From Puniceicoccaceae bacterium (GTDB lineage: Bacteria > Verrucomicrobiota > Verrucomicrobiia > Opitutales > Oceanipulchritudinaceae), in the NCBI GenBank assembly GCA_040830765.1, contig JBFOMH010000018.1, forward strand, positions 32,001 to 96,000: 64,000 bases of DNA, in the 5' to 3' direction. Position 1 is the stretch's first letter; each line of letters begins with the position of its first letter. Of the stretch, positions 46,280 to 56,212 are shown one piece after another. The translations under genes were made by a program, and so were the position numbers. The notes beneath the pieces are model-generated. The model did not search any database and was not told where the DNA came from. It saw nothing but the letters and a program-made list of their open reading frames with translations.

Positions 46280-47994
46280 TTTTCCTGATTGATGGATAGT
46301 TTAAGAAATGCGCGGTGCAGGTCACGGCTGACCTTGCGCTCGACGGGAACCTCCAGCACGCGGAGTCCCTTCCCGTTCCAGCCCCTGATCGCCGAATCCA
46401 ATTCATTGATGTCACGGCAGATCGAATGCTGTCCTCCATAGGCCGCGATTAACTGCCCGAAGTCGACTGACTGCGGCGTGGCAAAATAGGACTCGAAGAC
46501 CGCCTCTTCTTTGGCGATGGGCAAAAACTCGAAAATGCCCCCACCCCCGTTGTTGATCAGGATGACAAAGAGTCCGGGGTCGTCTTTCCCGGATTCCAGC
46601 AACCCATTGGTATCATGAAGGAAGGCCAGATCACCCGTGACCAGCCAGGTCGGCTGCCCCATGCCGGCGGCAATGCCCCGCGAGAGTGAAAGCATGCCGT
46701 CGATCCCATTGGCACCCCGTTGGCTAAACGGATGCAGGGCGGCCCTGCGTCGGGGCATGAACCACTCCGCATCCCGTACCGCCAGGCTGCTGGAGTAGAT
46801 TATCGGCGCTGCCTCCGGCAGGATTTCGCCCAGCTTGCGGTGAATATCCCCTTCGAAAAGGTCGTGCGGAGCCGCCATCACTTGAAGGAGATGTTCCTCC
46901 ATTTCCCGATCCCGGGTCGCCCATGGCTCGCCATAATGTCCCTTGTCACCACGGGTCCGCTCGACAAAGGCGGCGACGTTTTTCCCGGCCCACTCAATCT
47001 TGCCATGCAGCGGGTTGATACCGCGCTTGCCCTCACCAACGATGTAACCCCGGATATCCATGTCCCGGAGTCGCTGCCGGAGGACCTTGCTGGTCGGTGG
47101 TTCTCCCCAAAGGATAACCGCCTCCGGCTTCAGTTCTTCCCAGACCGTATCATCCCGGACAATCCGGTCATAATGAATTATCAGATGAGGACACTCCCCG
47201 GAATGATAGCGAAGGGGATTGGCGGCATCGACCAGGATGGGAAAGCCACGGCTCCAGCTCAAGTCGAGAAGCGATTCCCATTCCGATGCCTCGTCCAGCC
47301 AGGGACGCGGACCAGCAAGAATCAGCGTCCGTTCAGGTAATTCAGGCCGCTGTCCGGGACTGGCGTGAGTTCGCCGGACGGGACTCAAGTCGCTCAGAAG
47401 GCCTGGGTCCAATTCAAAGGGCTCCTCCTCCGGTGAAGGCTGAAATGGTTCCCGGAAGGGACAATTCAGATGCACGGGCCCTCTCGGGGCACCGACTGCT
47501 GACTCCATGGCACGGCGGCACAGTTCACGCACTTGGCGAAACAGCAAGGGATCGGCCTCCGGCAAGGGAAGCTCCGCCTGGAAGACGGGATAATTCCCGA
47601 AGAGCTTCAATTGGTCGATCGTCTGCCCGGCATGGCAATGCCTCAGCTCAGGGGGACGATCGGCTGTCAGGACAACCAGTGGCATGCCGGATTCCCGGGC
47701 TTCGATGAGGGCGGGATAGTAATGGGCCCCGGCCGTCCCTGAAGTGCAGATCAGGACAGCCGGTTCGCGGGTTGCCTTGATGCGCCCGAGTGCATAAAAG
47801 GCGGCGGATCGCTCATCAATGCAGACAGTGACGGACTCCGCCGGCAATTTGGCCAGGGCCAGCGCCAGAGGCGTCGAACGGGATCCAGGCGAGAGGACAA
47901 AGTGCCCCGCTCCCAGCGCACGGAGAGCGCCAATGACCAGTTCCCCGTAGGACCGGTTGGCGCGACCTGCTGTGGATTCCGTCTCAGATGGCAT
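46276..47994 (-). CDS. menD: SEPHCHC synthase (ThDP-dependent)
   Basis: [54 protein letters not shown]. Confidence 0.96.
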   Translation of the reverse strand: MPSETESTAGRANRSYGELVIGALRALGAGHFVLSPGSRSTPLALALAKLPAESVTVCIDERSAAFYALGRIKATREPAVLICTSGTAGAHYYPALIEARESGMPLVVLTADRPPELRHCHAGQTIDQLKLFGNYPVFQAELPLPEADPLLFRQVRELCRRAMESAVGAPRGPVHLNCPFREPFQPSPEEEPFELDPGLLSDLSPVRRTHASPGQRPELPERTLILAGPRPWLDEASEWESLLDLSWSRGFPILVDAANPLRYHSGECPHLIIHYDRIVRDDTVWEELKPEAVILWGEPPTSKVLRQRLRDMDIRGYIVGEGKRGINPLHGKIEWAGKNVAAFVERTRGDKGHYGEPWATRDREMEEHLLQVMAAPHDLFEGDIHRKLGEILPEAAPIIYSSSLAVRDAEWFMPRRRAALHPFSQRGANGIDGMLSLSRGIAAGMGQPTWLVTGDLAFLHDTNGLLESGKDDPGLFVILINNGGGGIFEFLPIAKEEAVFESYFATPQSVDFGQLIAAYGGQHSICRDINELDSAIRGWNGKGLRVLEVPVERKVSRDLHRAFLKLSINQEK

Positions 47995-48183
47995 GATCCG
48001 GAAAGATAAAAAGGGATTTTAAAATGGCAATCCCCCGCGACAAATCACCCGTGGAGTGGGAATTGGCAGCCATGGCCCATGGCAGTACCCTCTTAATGGT
48101 TGCATCAATGGAATTCCTCCTGCAAGACTTCGCAGGAACATGTGCCCTTTCCAGCCGCAAGGAGCCAGCTACAACAGATTCGC

Positions 48184-49146
48184 ATGAACGACCTGATTGA
48201 GAAATGGAACCGCAAGGACCTGATCTCCACCGAGAACCTGAGCCGGGAGGAGATTGAGATCATTCACGAACTCGCGGGACGCTTTAAGGAAATTCTCGCA
48301 ACCCATCCCAGCTCGCTGCCCTCCCTTCGTGGGAGAAATGTCCTCAATCTCTTCATTGAGCCCAGTACCCGCACCCGGATCGCCTTTGAGATTGCTGCCA
48401 AGCGGCTGGGCGCGCATGTCACCCTTGTCGAAAAAGCGGCCTCCAGCCTCGTCAAGGGGGAATCCCTTCGGGACACCGCCCAGGTCGTGGAAGCCCTTCA
48501 GTCCGATGTCATCATTCTCCGCCACAGTGCTGCCGGTTCACCGCAATACCTCAGCAAACTGGTCAAGGTACCGGTTATCAATGCCGGCGACGGGGCTCAT
48601 GAACATCCCACCCAGGCCCTCCTTGATACCTTCACCATGCGGGAGAAGCTGGGCGGCCCACTTGACGGAAAGAAGGTGACCATCCTTGGCGATATCCTAT
48701 TCAGCCGTGTCGCCCGCTCGAATATATTCGCCCTTCAGAAGCTGGGTGCCTCGGTCACGCTTTCCGGCCCGGCAACACTGGTCCCGGATGAGTTTTCCAA
48801 GTTGGGTGTCGAGGTGGACCTCAATCTCAAGTCGGCCCTCGCCGATGCCGATGTTGTCATGCTCCTCCGGATCCAGCATGAGCGCCAGACCTCAACCCAC
48901 TTTCCCAGCCTCGGTGAATACAAGAGCATGTACGGGCTCAACCAGGAGCGCGGCAAATGGCTCAAGCCGGAAGCCATCATCATGCATCCCGGACCGGTCA
49001 ACCGGGGAGTGGAACTGGACTCCAGCCTCGCCGACGATCCCCGCTCGACCATTCTTCAGCAGGTGGCCAATGGAATCTTCACGCGCATGGCTGTCATCTA
49101 CCTTTGCCTGTCCGCCTGCGGGCTGAACCGGAATATTTCCCAATGA
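48184..49146 (+). CDS. pyrB: Aspartate carbamoyltransferase catalytic subunit
   Basis: EPSTRT, KGESLRDT, NAGDGAHEHPTQ, RIQHER, HPGPVNRG; start ATG 48184. Confidence 0.96.
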   Translation: MNDLIEKWNRKDLISTENLSREEIEIIHELAGRFKEILATHPSSLPSLRGRNVLNLFIEPSTRTRIAFEIAAKRLGAHVTLVEKAASSLVKGESLRDTAQVVEALQSDVIILRHSAAGSPQYLSKLVKVPVINAGDGAHEHPTQALLDTFTMREKLGGPLDGKKVTILGDILFSRVARSNIFALQKLGASVTLSGPATLVPDEFSKLGVEVDLNLKSALADADVVMLLRIQHERQTSTHFPSLGEYKSMYGLNQERGKWLKPEAIIMHPGPVNRGVELDSSLADDPRSTILQQVANGIFTRMAVIYLCLSACGLNRNISQ

Positions 49147-50441
49147 GCAAGCTACTCTGGATCAAGAACGGACGGGTCATCGACCCCGCCAACCAGCGGG
49201 ACGAAACAGCGGATATCTTTGCCCGCGATGGCCTGCTCGTCGATTCACTCAGTGAAGAGGAAAAGGCAGCTGCAGAAGTCATAGATGCCACCGGACTTGT
49301 TGTTTCTCCCGGACTGGTGGACATTCATGTGCACTTGCGTGAACCCGGCCAGACCCACAAGGAGGACATCGCCAGTGGGACCCGGGCTGCCGCCGCTGGG
49401 GGCTTCACGACGATTGTCTGCATGCCCAACACCAGTCCTCCCGGGGACAATCCGGGGACAATCCGGCGTATCAATGATTCCATTACACGGAATGCGGTCG
49501 TCAAGGTCTACCCCACCGGCTGTCTCACAGTAGACATGAAAGGCGAGCAGCTGGCCCCCATGGGGTCCCTCAAGAACGAGGGTATTGTCGCCGTCACCGA
49601 TGACGGCCTCTGTGTCCAGAACAACGAAATCATGCGGCGCGCTGTCGAGTATGCCCGCATGTTTGACCTTCCGGTCATGGACCATTGCCAGGATGCCAGC
49701 ATGACACAGGGCTCGGTCATGAACGAGGGATACTGGTCCTTGCGTCTGGGTCTCAAGGGATGGCCCAGCGCTGCCGAGGACATCATCATTGCCCGTAATG
49801 TCGTGCTCTCACGGCAATTTGACGCTGCCATTCACATGCAGCATGTCAGTTCAGCTTACGGGGTGGACATTATCCGCCGGGCCAAGAAGAGGGGTATCCG
49901 GGTGTCTGGTGAAGCCACTCCGCACCATCTGTTCTTTACGGACGAGTCCTGCCAGGACTACAACACCCTCTTCAAGATGAATCCGCCCCTGCGCACAGAG
50001 GAGGACCGGCAGGCCATCATTGAGGGCGTCCTTGATGGCAGCCTGGACATCATTGCCACTGACCATGCCCCGCATACCGAGGACGAAAAGGACTGCGAAT
50101 TCGACTACGCTCCTTTCGGCATCATCGGGATGGAGACCGCGCTCGCCGCCTGCCTCGAGGTGCTCGTCCATTCCGGGAAGTGCGACCTTCCTTTCCTGCT
50201 CGCCCGCATGACCCACAAACCCGCGGAAATCCTCAACCTGCCGGCAGGCACCCTTTCCGTTGGCGCCCAGGCTGACGTGACCATCTTTGATCCGGATGAA
50301 GAGTGGATGGTCGATCCCGCCTCTTTCCTCGGGAAGTCCACCAACTGTCCATGGAATGGCAGGAAACTGCGGGGAAAAATCCATCACACCATTGTCAACG
50401 GTCGCCCGGTATGGGACGGTCGACAAATCCTTGATTCATGA
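49143..50441 (+). CDS. pyrC: Dihydroorotase
   Basis: DIHVHLREPG, MPNT, HVS, KMNPPLR, ATDHAPH; ATGA overlap with pyrB. Confidence 0.95.
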   Translation: MSKLLWIKNGRVIDPANQRDETADIFARDGLLVDSLSEEEKAAAEVIDATGLVVSPGLVDIHVHLREPGQTHKEDIASGTRAAAAGGFTTIVCMPNTSPPGDNPGTIRRINDSITRNAVVKVYPTGCLTVDMKGEQLAPMGSLKNEGIVAVTDDGLCVQNNEIMRRAVEYARMFDLPVMDHCQDASMTQGSVMNEGYWSLRLGLKGWPSAAEDIIIARNVVLSRQFDAAIHMQHVSSAYGVDIIRRAKKRGIRVSGEATPHHLFFTDESCQDYNTLFKMNPPLRTEEDRQAIIEGVLDGSLDIIATDHAPHTEDEKDCEFDYAPFGIIGMETALAACLEVLVHSGKCDLPFLLARMTHKPAEILNLPAGTLSVGAQADVTIFDPDEEWMVDPASFLGKSTNCPWNGRKLRGKIHHTIVNGRPVWDGRQILDS

Positions 50442-51319
50442 CACCGGAGGAACTTGAAGCCTGGTTGTTGAGCCAACCCCTGGTGCTGGGGTACATCCTC
50501 TTCCTGTTGGTTGGCAGCCTGATCTCCTTCATTGTGCTTATCGTCAAAGTGCGCAAGGCAGGAAAGCTGGGCCGTTACCCGGTTTCCAACTGGCCCCTTT
50601 CCGGTCATGACTTTGCCATCTTCATCATGGCCATCCTGGTCTGGTTTGTCGTCTCGGGATACATGGTCCTCTATGCCCATCAGTGGGTCATGGGGCCGGA
50701 AGCGGTCCCGGGAAGCGGGGTAGCCGTCATTGCCGGGATCCTTTTGCAAGGCGGCATGCTTTACCTCTTCCTCCGTTTCAAGTTTCATCACCGAAACCCC
50801 AACGAGGGCCCGATCAGCTCCCACATCCTTTCCATCCCGCAAAGCCTGGCCCAGGGACTCTTCTACTTCCTCGCCTCCCTTCCGGTCGTCTATGGGGTCA
50901 GCATGGCTTGGACCGGTTTCCTCGAACTGCTCCGCAGCCAGGGCTTCGACATCGAACTGCCGCTGCAGCAGGCGGTCCTGCTTCTCCAGAATACATCCAA
51001 TCCGGTTGTCTTTGCGGGCTTCCTGATCCTTGCCGTCATTATTGCCCCGGCTGTTGAAGAGACGGTCTTCCGGGCCGGTGTTTACCGTTTCTTCAAGGGC
51101 CGAACATCCATCCCGGTTTCCCTTCTCATCAGCGGCCTGCTCTTTGGCATTATCCATTGGAACCTGCAGAGCCTTCCCGGACTGGTAGCCGTGGGTGTCT
51201 GCCTTGGCTTGGCCTATGAACTTTCAGGAAGCCTCCGGGTCTCCATCTTCTTCCATGCCTTTTTCAATCTCAACTCGGTCATTTGGATTTTCCTCATTCC
51301 CGACGCGTTGATTGGCTGA
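50438..51319 (+). CDS. CPBP (Abi/CAAX)-family intramembrane metalloprotease
   Basis: Multiple TM segments; EETVFR, FGIIH, HAFFN motifs. Confidence 0.9.
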   Translation: MTPEELEAWLLSQPLVLGYILFLLVGSLISFIVLIVKVRKAGKLGRYPVSNWPLSGHDFAIFIMAILVWFVVSGYMVLYAHQWVMGPEAVPGSGVAVIAGILLQGGMLYLFLRFKFHHRNPNEGPISSHILSIPQSLAQGLFYFLASLPVVYGVSMAWTGFLELLRSQGFDIELPLQQAVLLLQNTSNPVVFAGFLILAVIIAPAVEETVFRAGVYRFFKGRTSIPVSLLISGLLFGIIHWNLQSLPGLVAVGVCLGLAYELSGSLRVSIFFHAFFNLNSVIWIFLIPDALIG

Positions 51320-51336
51320 GCGCTGCAACCGCTGTT

Positions 51337-51783
51337 ATGGACATCCTTGATGAGTTGAAGGAGGGCATTGTCACCGCCTCAGCCGAAGAGACCGAGGCCG
51401 TGGGCGCCCGATTGGCCGCCGCCGTGGTGGATAATTCAACCATCGCCCTCTCCGGCGACCTGGGGGCAGGCAAAACCACCCTGGCCAGGGGAATTGCCCG
51501 GGGACTGGAAATAACAGCGGATGTCACCAGTCCGACCTATACCATCTACACCACCTACCAGGGAACCCGGCAATTGGTCCACATGGATGCCTACCGGTTG
51601 AGTGATGCCCATGAGCTCGATAGCCTGACCATCGAGGAATTTCTCAAGCCACCATGGCTGATCGTGGTCGAATGGCCCGAACATGTGCCCGGCTTTTTCG
51701 AGGACAAGGATACCCTTCGGATTAAGATCGAGATCCTGCCTGACCACTCTCACCGGATTCATATTATCGATCAAGAGCCTTAA
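51337..51783 (+). CDS. tsaE: tRNA threonylcarbamoyladenosine biosynthesis ATPase
   Basis: GDLGAGKTT, SPTY, HMDAYRL, VEWP. Confidence 0.95.
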   Translation: MDILDELKEGIVTASAEETEAVGARLAAAVVDNSTIALSGDLGAGKTTLARGIARGLEITADVTSPTYTIYTTYQGTRQLVHMDAYRLSDAHELDSLTIEEFLKPPWLIVVEWPEHVPGFFEDKDTLRIKIEILPDHSHRIHIIDQEP

Positions 51784-52439
51784 CCACGGACGAGAGGGAC
51801 AAAGCGCACCGCGTAGAGATTCTTTCCCTCCAGGGTTCCGTCATCATTTTTCTGATACACCCACAGGTCCTGGCTGTAGGTTCCTACCGGAATGACCAAT
51901 CGCCCCCCAGCAGCCAGTTGCTGCCCCAGTTGGGTTGGAACCTCATCCGCAGCCGCCGTCACGATAATGCCGTCAAACGGTGCCTTTTCGGGCCAACCAA
52001 GACGCCCGTCACCACAACGGAAGTGAATGGCCGGGTAGCCCAATCCGCGCAGCAATTCCTTGGCCGCCATGGCGAGATCGTGGATATACTCGATGGTATA
52101 GACCTCAAGCCCCATCTCAGCGAGTACCGCCGCCTGGTAACCGGATCCGGTCCCTACCTCAAGAACCTTCATGCCTGGTTGCAAGTGCAGCGCCTCGCTC
52201 ATGGAGGCCACGATGTAGGGCTGGGAGATGGTCTGCCCCTTCCCGATCGGCAAAGGCCCGTCGGTGTAGGAGAGCTCGTGCATCGAAGCAGGCACAAAGG
52301 CATGGCGCGGGACCCGGGCCATCGCGGCCAGGACATGTTTGTCCCGAATTCCCCTCCGCCGGATCTGGTGCTCGACCATTCTCTGGCGCAGCTCCAGGTC
52401 AGTTTCCCCGTTTCCGCTGGACTGGAAGGGCCACTTCAT
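51780..52439 (-). CDS. pcm: Protein-L-isoaspartate O-methyltransferase
   Basis: VPRHAFV, GQTISQPY, LEVGTGSGYQAA, APFDGIIVTAA, VRFVPL. Confidence 0.96.
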   Translation of the reverse strand: MKWPFQSSGNGETDLELRQRMVEHQIRRRGIRDKHVLAAMARVPRHAFVPASMHELSYTDGPLPIGKGQTISQPYIVASMSEALHLQPGMKVLEVGTGSGYQAAVLAEMGLEVYTIEYIHDLAMAAKELLRGLGYPAIHFRCGDGRLGWPEKAPFDGIIVTAAADEVPTQLGQQLAAGGRLVIPVGTYSQDLWVYQKNDDGTLEGKNLYAVRFVPLVRG

Positions 52440-53155
52440 CTCCCGTTACCACGTAGTGGAAACCTGACGACACGCAGCCGAGCCCCGTGGGTCGCTGACC
52501 CGGAGTTATGAAAGAGGATGCCTCGGTAACGAAAGTCCTCAAAGTCGTGATGGGTATGCCCGAAATGAACATGCCGGACGGGCTTGCCATTGAGCAGGTT
52601 TTCATTCTCAAGATAAGCAAGCAGGCGAGAGGCCAGTATCCGCTTCGGGAACATCCGGAAGGCAACCCACTGGACATGCGACCGGTGCACCGCCTGATGG
52701 GCCATCCTCTGCAGGGCATGACCGTTTGCCGGGCGTCTCAGCTTGCTGCGGAATCGTCGGATCGCCTCGTTGCTGTTACCGGCATGGATGGCATCCCCGT
52801 GGAGAAATATCCGGTCCTCAACAACACAGGCAAACTCGTGCCAGAACAGATTGGCATGTCGTTCCTCAAGCTCCGTCAATGCCTCCATATACGGAGGAAC
52901 CGCATCATGATTGCCCAGGATGACATGAAAGCGGCACTGCGGAAACTCATCCAGAAGGGTCTCGATAAAGTTCTCTGCCGCGGTAACGGACCGGCTGAAG
53001 ACGCCGTGCTGCGACCACTTGAAATCGAAAATGTCCCCATTCAGGACAAAGAGATCGGCCTCTTGTGCCGCCGCCTCGATTTGCCGCAAGTACCGACCCG
53101 GGCGTGAGTGGTGACTGAAGAGGTGCAGATCCGATACGGTTGCCCCTTTTCCCAT
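52436..53155 (-). CDS. Metallophosphoesterase (LpxH-like calcineurin fold)
   Basis: SDLH, GDIFD, GNHD, HGD, GHTH motifs. Confidence 0.85.
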   Translation of the reverse strand: MGKGATVSDLHLFSHHSRPGRYLRQIEAAAQEADLFVLNGDIFDFKWSQHGVFSRSVTAAENFIETLLDEFPQCRFHVILGNHDAVPPYMEALTELEERHANLFWHEFACVVEDRIFLHGDAIHAGNSNEAIRRFRSKLRRPANGHALQRMAHQAVHRSHVQWVAFRMFPKRILASRLLAYLENENLLNGKPVRHVHFGHTHHDFEDFRYRGILFHNSGSATHGARLRVVRFPLRGNGR

Positions 53156-53204
53156 AGTTTAACCCTATGGAACTCTTGACGCGTGAGCAAACGTAAAGCG
53201 CAGC

Positions 53205-53657
53205 CTAACCTTGGTAGGCGTGCTGGAATGCGTGCAGGGCGTCATGCAAGGCCTCAGCATGGGAAACATCCGTCCCCTGTTTGCACTTCATCGCGAGGAC
53301 CGTAATCTTGTGCGCCAGGCCGACCAGCTTGGCATAGCCTTCCGGGTCAGACTCCTTCTGGTCCAGCTTGATCCGCTGGGCGAGGAAATAGGCGGACATG
53401 ACATCCTGGATATTCTGTGCGTGCGATTCCTTGTTGTTGACCCAGCGGACAAGCTGATGCGGATTGGACCCGACATCCGCGCTCAGTTCGTTAATTTGCT
53501 TCATCGCCTTGTGGATGGTTTCCACATCGGTCATCAGTTCGCCGAAAACAACGTCATCGGCATAGATACCACAGGGAACCTGGCAATGGGCGGAGAGATT
53601 GACACTGGCAAAGGCCAGCCCGGCAAGGATGAGGAGAGAACGTTTCACAGATTTCAT
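53205..53657 (-). CDS. sodN: Nickel superoxide dismutase precursor with a signal peptide
   Basis: Ni-hook HCQVPCGIY (53562-53588) right after LSA; QLVRWVNNKE; start ATG 53657. Confidence 0.92.
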   Translation of the reverse strand: MKSVKRSLLILAGLAFASVNLSAHCQVPCGIYADDVVFGELMTDVETIHKAMKQINELSADVGSNPHQLVRWVNNKESHAQNIQDVMSAYFLAQRIKLDQKESDPEGYAKLVGLAHKITVLAMKCKQGTDVSHAEALHDALHAFQHAYQG

Positions 53658-53748
53658 AACGGCAACCATAGCCGAAATCCAGACCTTGGCAATGCAGCTC
53701 TTCAATTTCGCTTTACCCGCCGCCATCTCCACAGGAAGGTAGTCGGCA

Positions 53749-56070
53749 ATGCAATGGGATTGGCAGAACCGAAAATTGAGGCTCTCCGTGGGTGAGTTGG
53801 CCCGGTTCTCCCTGCACGCCCCACCCGAAGAAGGAGCCGGTCGCTGGCGCATGGAATTGGGAAGCCACTGGCACAATGTTCTCCGGCAACGCGCGGAAGC
53901 AGAAAGTGAAGGATGGCAGTTCGAGCAACCGGTTGAGGATGCCATTGTCCAGGGTGGTTGGCAATTCAGCCTCCGCGGCCGAATCGACCAATTGAACCGG
54001 GAAGGTCCGGAAATCCTTGTCAGGGAGATCAAGACCGTCTCCATGAACCTGCCAGCTGATGAAGCGTCCCTTCGCGCTGCTTATCCGCAGTATTTCCACC
54101 AGGTGATGCTCTATGCCTTCCTGCTCGGCAAGCAGGGCGAATTCCCCCAGCCCGAATTGCTCTTTCTGGAAATCCAGACCGGGCTGACACAGATCGTCCG
54201 GCTCGCCGATCAGGATTTGCAGGCACTCCATGCCCATTTGACCGAAGTGGTCGATGAACTGGATGAGCGGCGGGGTCACTTTTCCAAACTGCGGCAGTAT
54301 GTCGTCCCCAAGCCTTTCCCCGAATGGCGGCCAGGTCAGCTGGAGGCGAGAAACTCCCTCAAGGAGGCCATCGGACGGGCGCCCATCACGCTCTTCGAGG
54401 CCCCGACTGGCTTCGGCAAAACCGGATTGGTCCTTGAACAAGCCTTGCAGTATCTGGCGTCCGGACAAGTGGAACGAATTCTCCTCTTGACCGGGAAAAA
54501 TACAGGACACACCCCACTGCTGAAACAGTTGGAAGTGTTCCGGAAATCCGGCCATGGCCTGACAATTCATGCCCTTCGCAGCCGGGCGGACCATGCCCTT
54601 GAGGAGGAATTCGCCGAACCCCTTTCCCTGCATGAAATTGGCGAACGCTGGATAGCCTCCGGCCTTTCCGCGCCTGGCTTGCTGGCCGAGGGCATTCTCG
54701 ATCTGGAATCTGTTCGGGATCTGGGCAATCAACATGGCATCCCCCCATGGGCCATTAGCCGGATGCTGTTGCCCTATGCAGATATCTGGATTGCCGACTT
54801 CAATTACCTCTTTGATCCGGCGGTCTGCTCCGTCCTCGAATCCATCCCGACTTTTTCTCCGAAACGGACCCTCCTGTTGGTGGATGAGGCGCACAATCTT
54901 CCCGAGCGTGTGGCTGCCAGCCATTCCCATGTTCTGGATGCCAGCGAGGTGGATTCCCTTCTTTCCGAGATCCAGTTCGCTCGCTTCCCAGGGCCACTGG
55001 TCCGCCTGCTCGATCAGTTGTTGTCGATGCTCAAGAAGCAACCGGCATGCGACTCCCTCGATCCTCCCTTCGAGGCCGATCTTCTGGGACATCTCCGGGA
55101 CATCAGGGAAGCCCTGGATGACAGCAGCTTTGGGGAGGATGAACTCTCCCCGGAAAACCTCGAGTGGCTCTGGCGCTTGTCCTACTTTCTGGCCGATTGG
55201 GATCATCCCCACTTGCCCATGACCACCTACTGTTCTCAAAAGGGCCGTGTCCATTTCGCCTGCACCGACGCCGCCAACCTGATCGCTCCGGTGCTCCATC
55301 GCTTCAGTCGCTCCATCCTGATGTCGGCCACCCTGCAGCCATGGGAAGCCTTTCAGACGGCACTGGGGCTGGGAGAACAAACGACTGTCGAGGGGTGCGC
55401 GGTAGTCCAGGGAAACGCACCCTGGCTGGAGGGATGTTTTGAGGTCATTGTCGATGCCCGGGTCGATACGCGTTATCGGGAACGGGAGAAGCACCTCGAC
55501 ACGACCGCTCGCACAATAGGAGAAACGGTACTCGCCGCCAAAGGATGCACGGCTGTCTTCTTCCCCAGTTATCGGTATGCGGAAACGGTCCTGGAGCGTC
55601 TACAATTCCATTATCCTGCTATGCGGGGGGAAATCCAGCCTCGAAACCTTAATCTGGAACAGCAGACAGCGTTTCTCGAGGAGGCCCTTCGTTTTGATGA
55701 TGTTCTCTTCCTCGTCCTCGGCAGCCGCTTCAGCGAAGGAATCGATGCCTTGGGTGGCCGGGTCCATCAAGCCATCGTCGTCAGCCCTGCCCTGCCTGAG
55801 GTCAACAGCCTTCAGCGGGCAAGGGAGTCCCGCTTCCACGGTAACTCCGCACAGTCTTTCCGTTCCGTTTATCTCATTCCCGGCCTGCGGAAAATCAGCC
55901 AGGCCCTCGGCCGGCTCGTTCGCACGCCGGATCAGCGCGCCAAGGTCCTCCTGCACGGAAAACGTTTTATGGAACCTGCTTACCAGGACCTTTTGCCAGG
56001 CTATCTCCAGCCGATGGATTGCCTCGTCACCAATGAGGATTTTGCCAGTAAATGGCTGAAATCAATGTAA
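53749..56070 (+). CDS. DinG/XPD-family ATP-dependent helicase with an N-terminal PD-(D/E)XK (Cas4-like) nuclease domain
   Basis: H..E..LRGRID..EIKT..Q..Y nuclease motifs; APTGFGKT, DEAHNL, SATL, FFPSY, SEGID, QALGRLVR. Confidence 0.88.
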   Translation: MQWDWQNRKLRLSVGELARFSLHAPPEEGAGRWRMELGSHWHNVLRQRAEAESEGWQFEQPVEDAIVQGGWQFSLRGRIDQLNREGPEILVREIKTVSMNLPADEASLRAAYPQYFHQVMLYAFLLGKQGEFPQPELLFLEIQTGLTQIVRLADQDLQALHAHLTEVVDELDERRGHFSKLRQYVVPKPFPEWRPGQLEARNSLKEAIGRAPITLFEAPTGFGKTGLVLEQALQYLASGQVERILLLTGKNTGHTPLLKQLEVFRKSGHGLTIHALRSRADHALEEEFAEPLSLHEIGERWIASGLSAPGLLAEGILDLESVRDLGNQHGIPPWAISRMLLPYADIWIADFNYLFDPAVCSVLESIPTFSPKRTLLLVDEAHNLPERVAASHSHVLDASEVDSLLSEIQFARFPGPLVRLLDQLLSMLKKQPACDSLDPPFEADLLGHLRDIREALDDSSFGEDELSPENLEWLWRLSYFLADWDHPHLPMTTYCSQKGRVHFACTDAANLIAPVLHRFSRSILMSATLQPWEAFQTALGLGEQTTVEGCAVVQGNAPWLEGCFEVIVDARVDTRYREREKHLDTTARTIGETVLAAKGCTAVFFPSYRYAETVLERLQFHYPAMRGEIQPRNLNLEQQTAFLEEALRFDDVLFLVLGSRFSEGIDALGGRVHQAIVVSPALPEVNSLQRARESRFHGNSAQSFRSVYLIPGLRKISQALGRLVRTPDQRAKVLLHGKRFMEPAYQDLLPGYLQPMDCLVTNEDFASKWLKSM

Positions 56071-56212
56071 ATATGTTCAAATTGGGAAAATCCTGAACAG
56101 GATGGCGTTCGGTGCGTCAAAATCCCTGAACACCGCTGTCGTTCCAGTTTCCACTGCTTCAATCATCAAAATCAGGTAAACTATCGCACTTCCTGGGATT
56201 GGGGATGGATTA

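Noticed and set aside
47995..48183. PyrR-type attenuator upstream of pyrB
   Set aside because: No pyrR gene in the window and no clear terminator/antiterminator with a U-tract.
53713..55494. 593-aa minus-strand ORF
   Set aside because: Antisense shadow of the helicase gene with no recognisable motifs; long shadow ORFs are common in GC-rich DNA.
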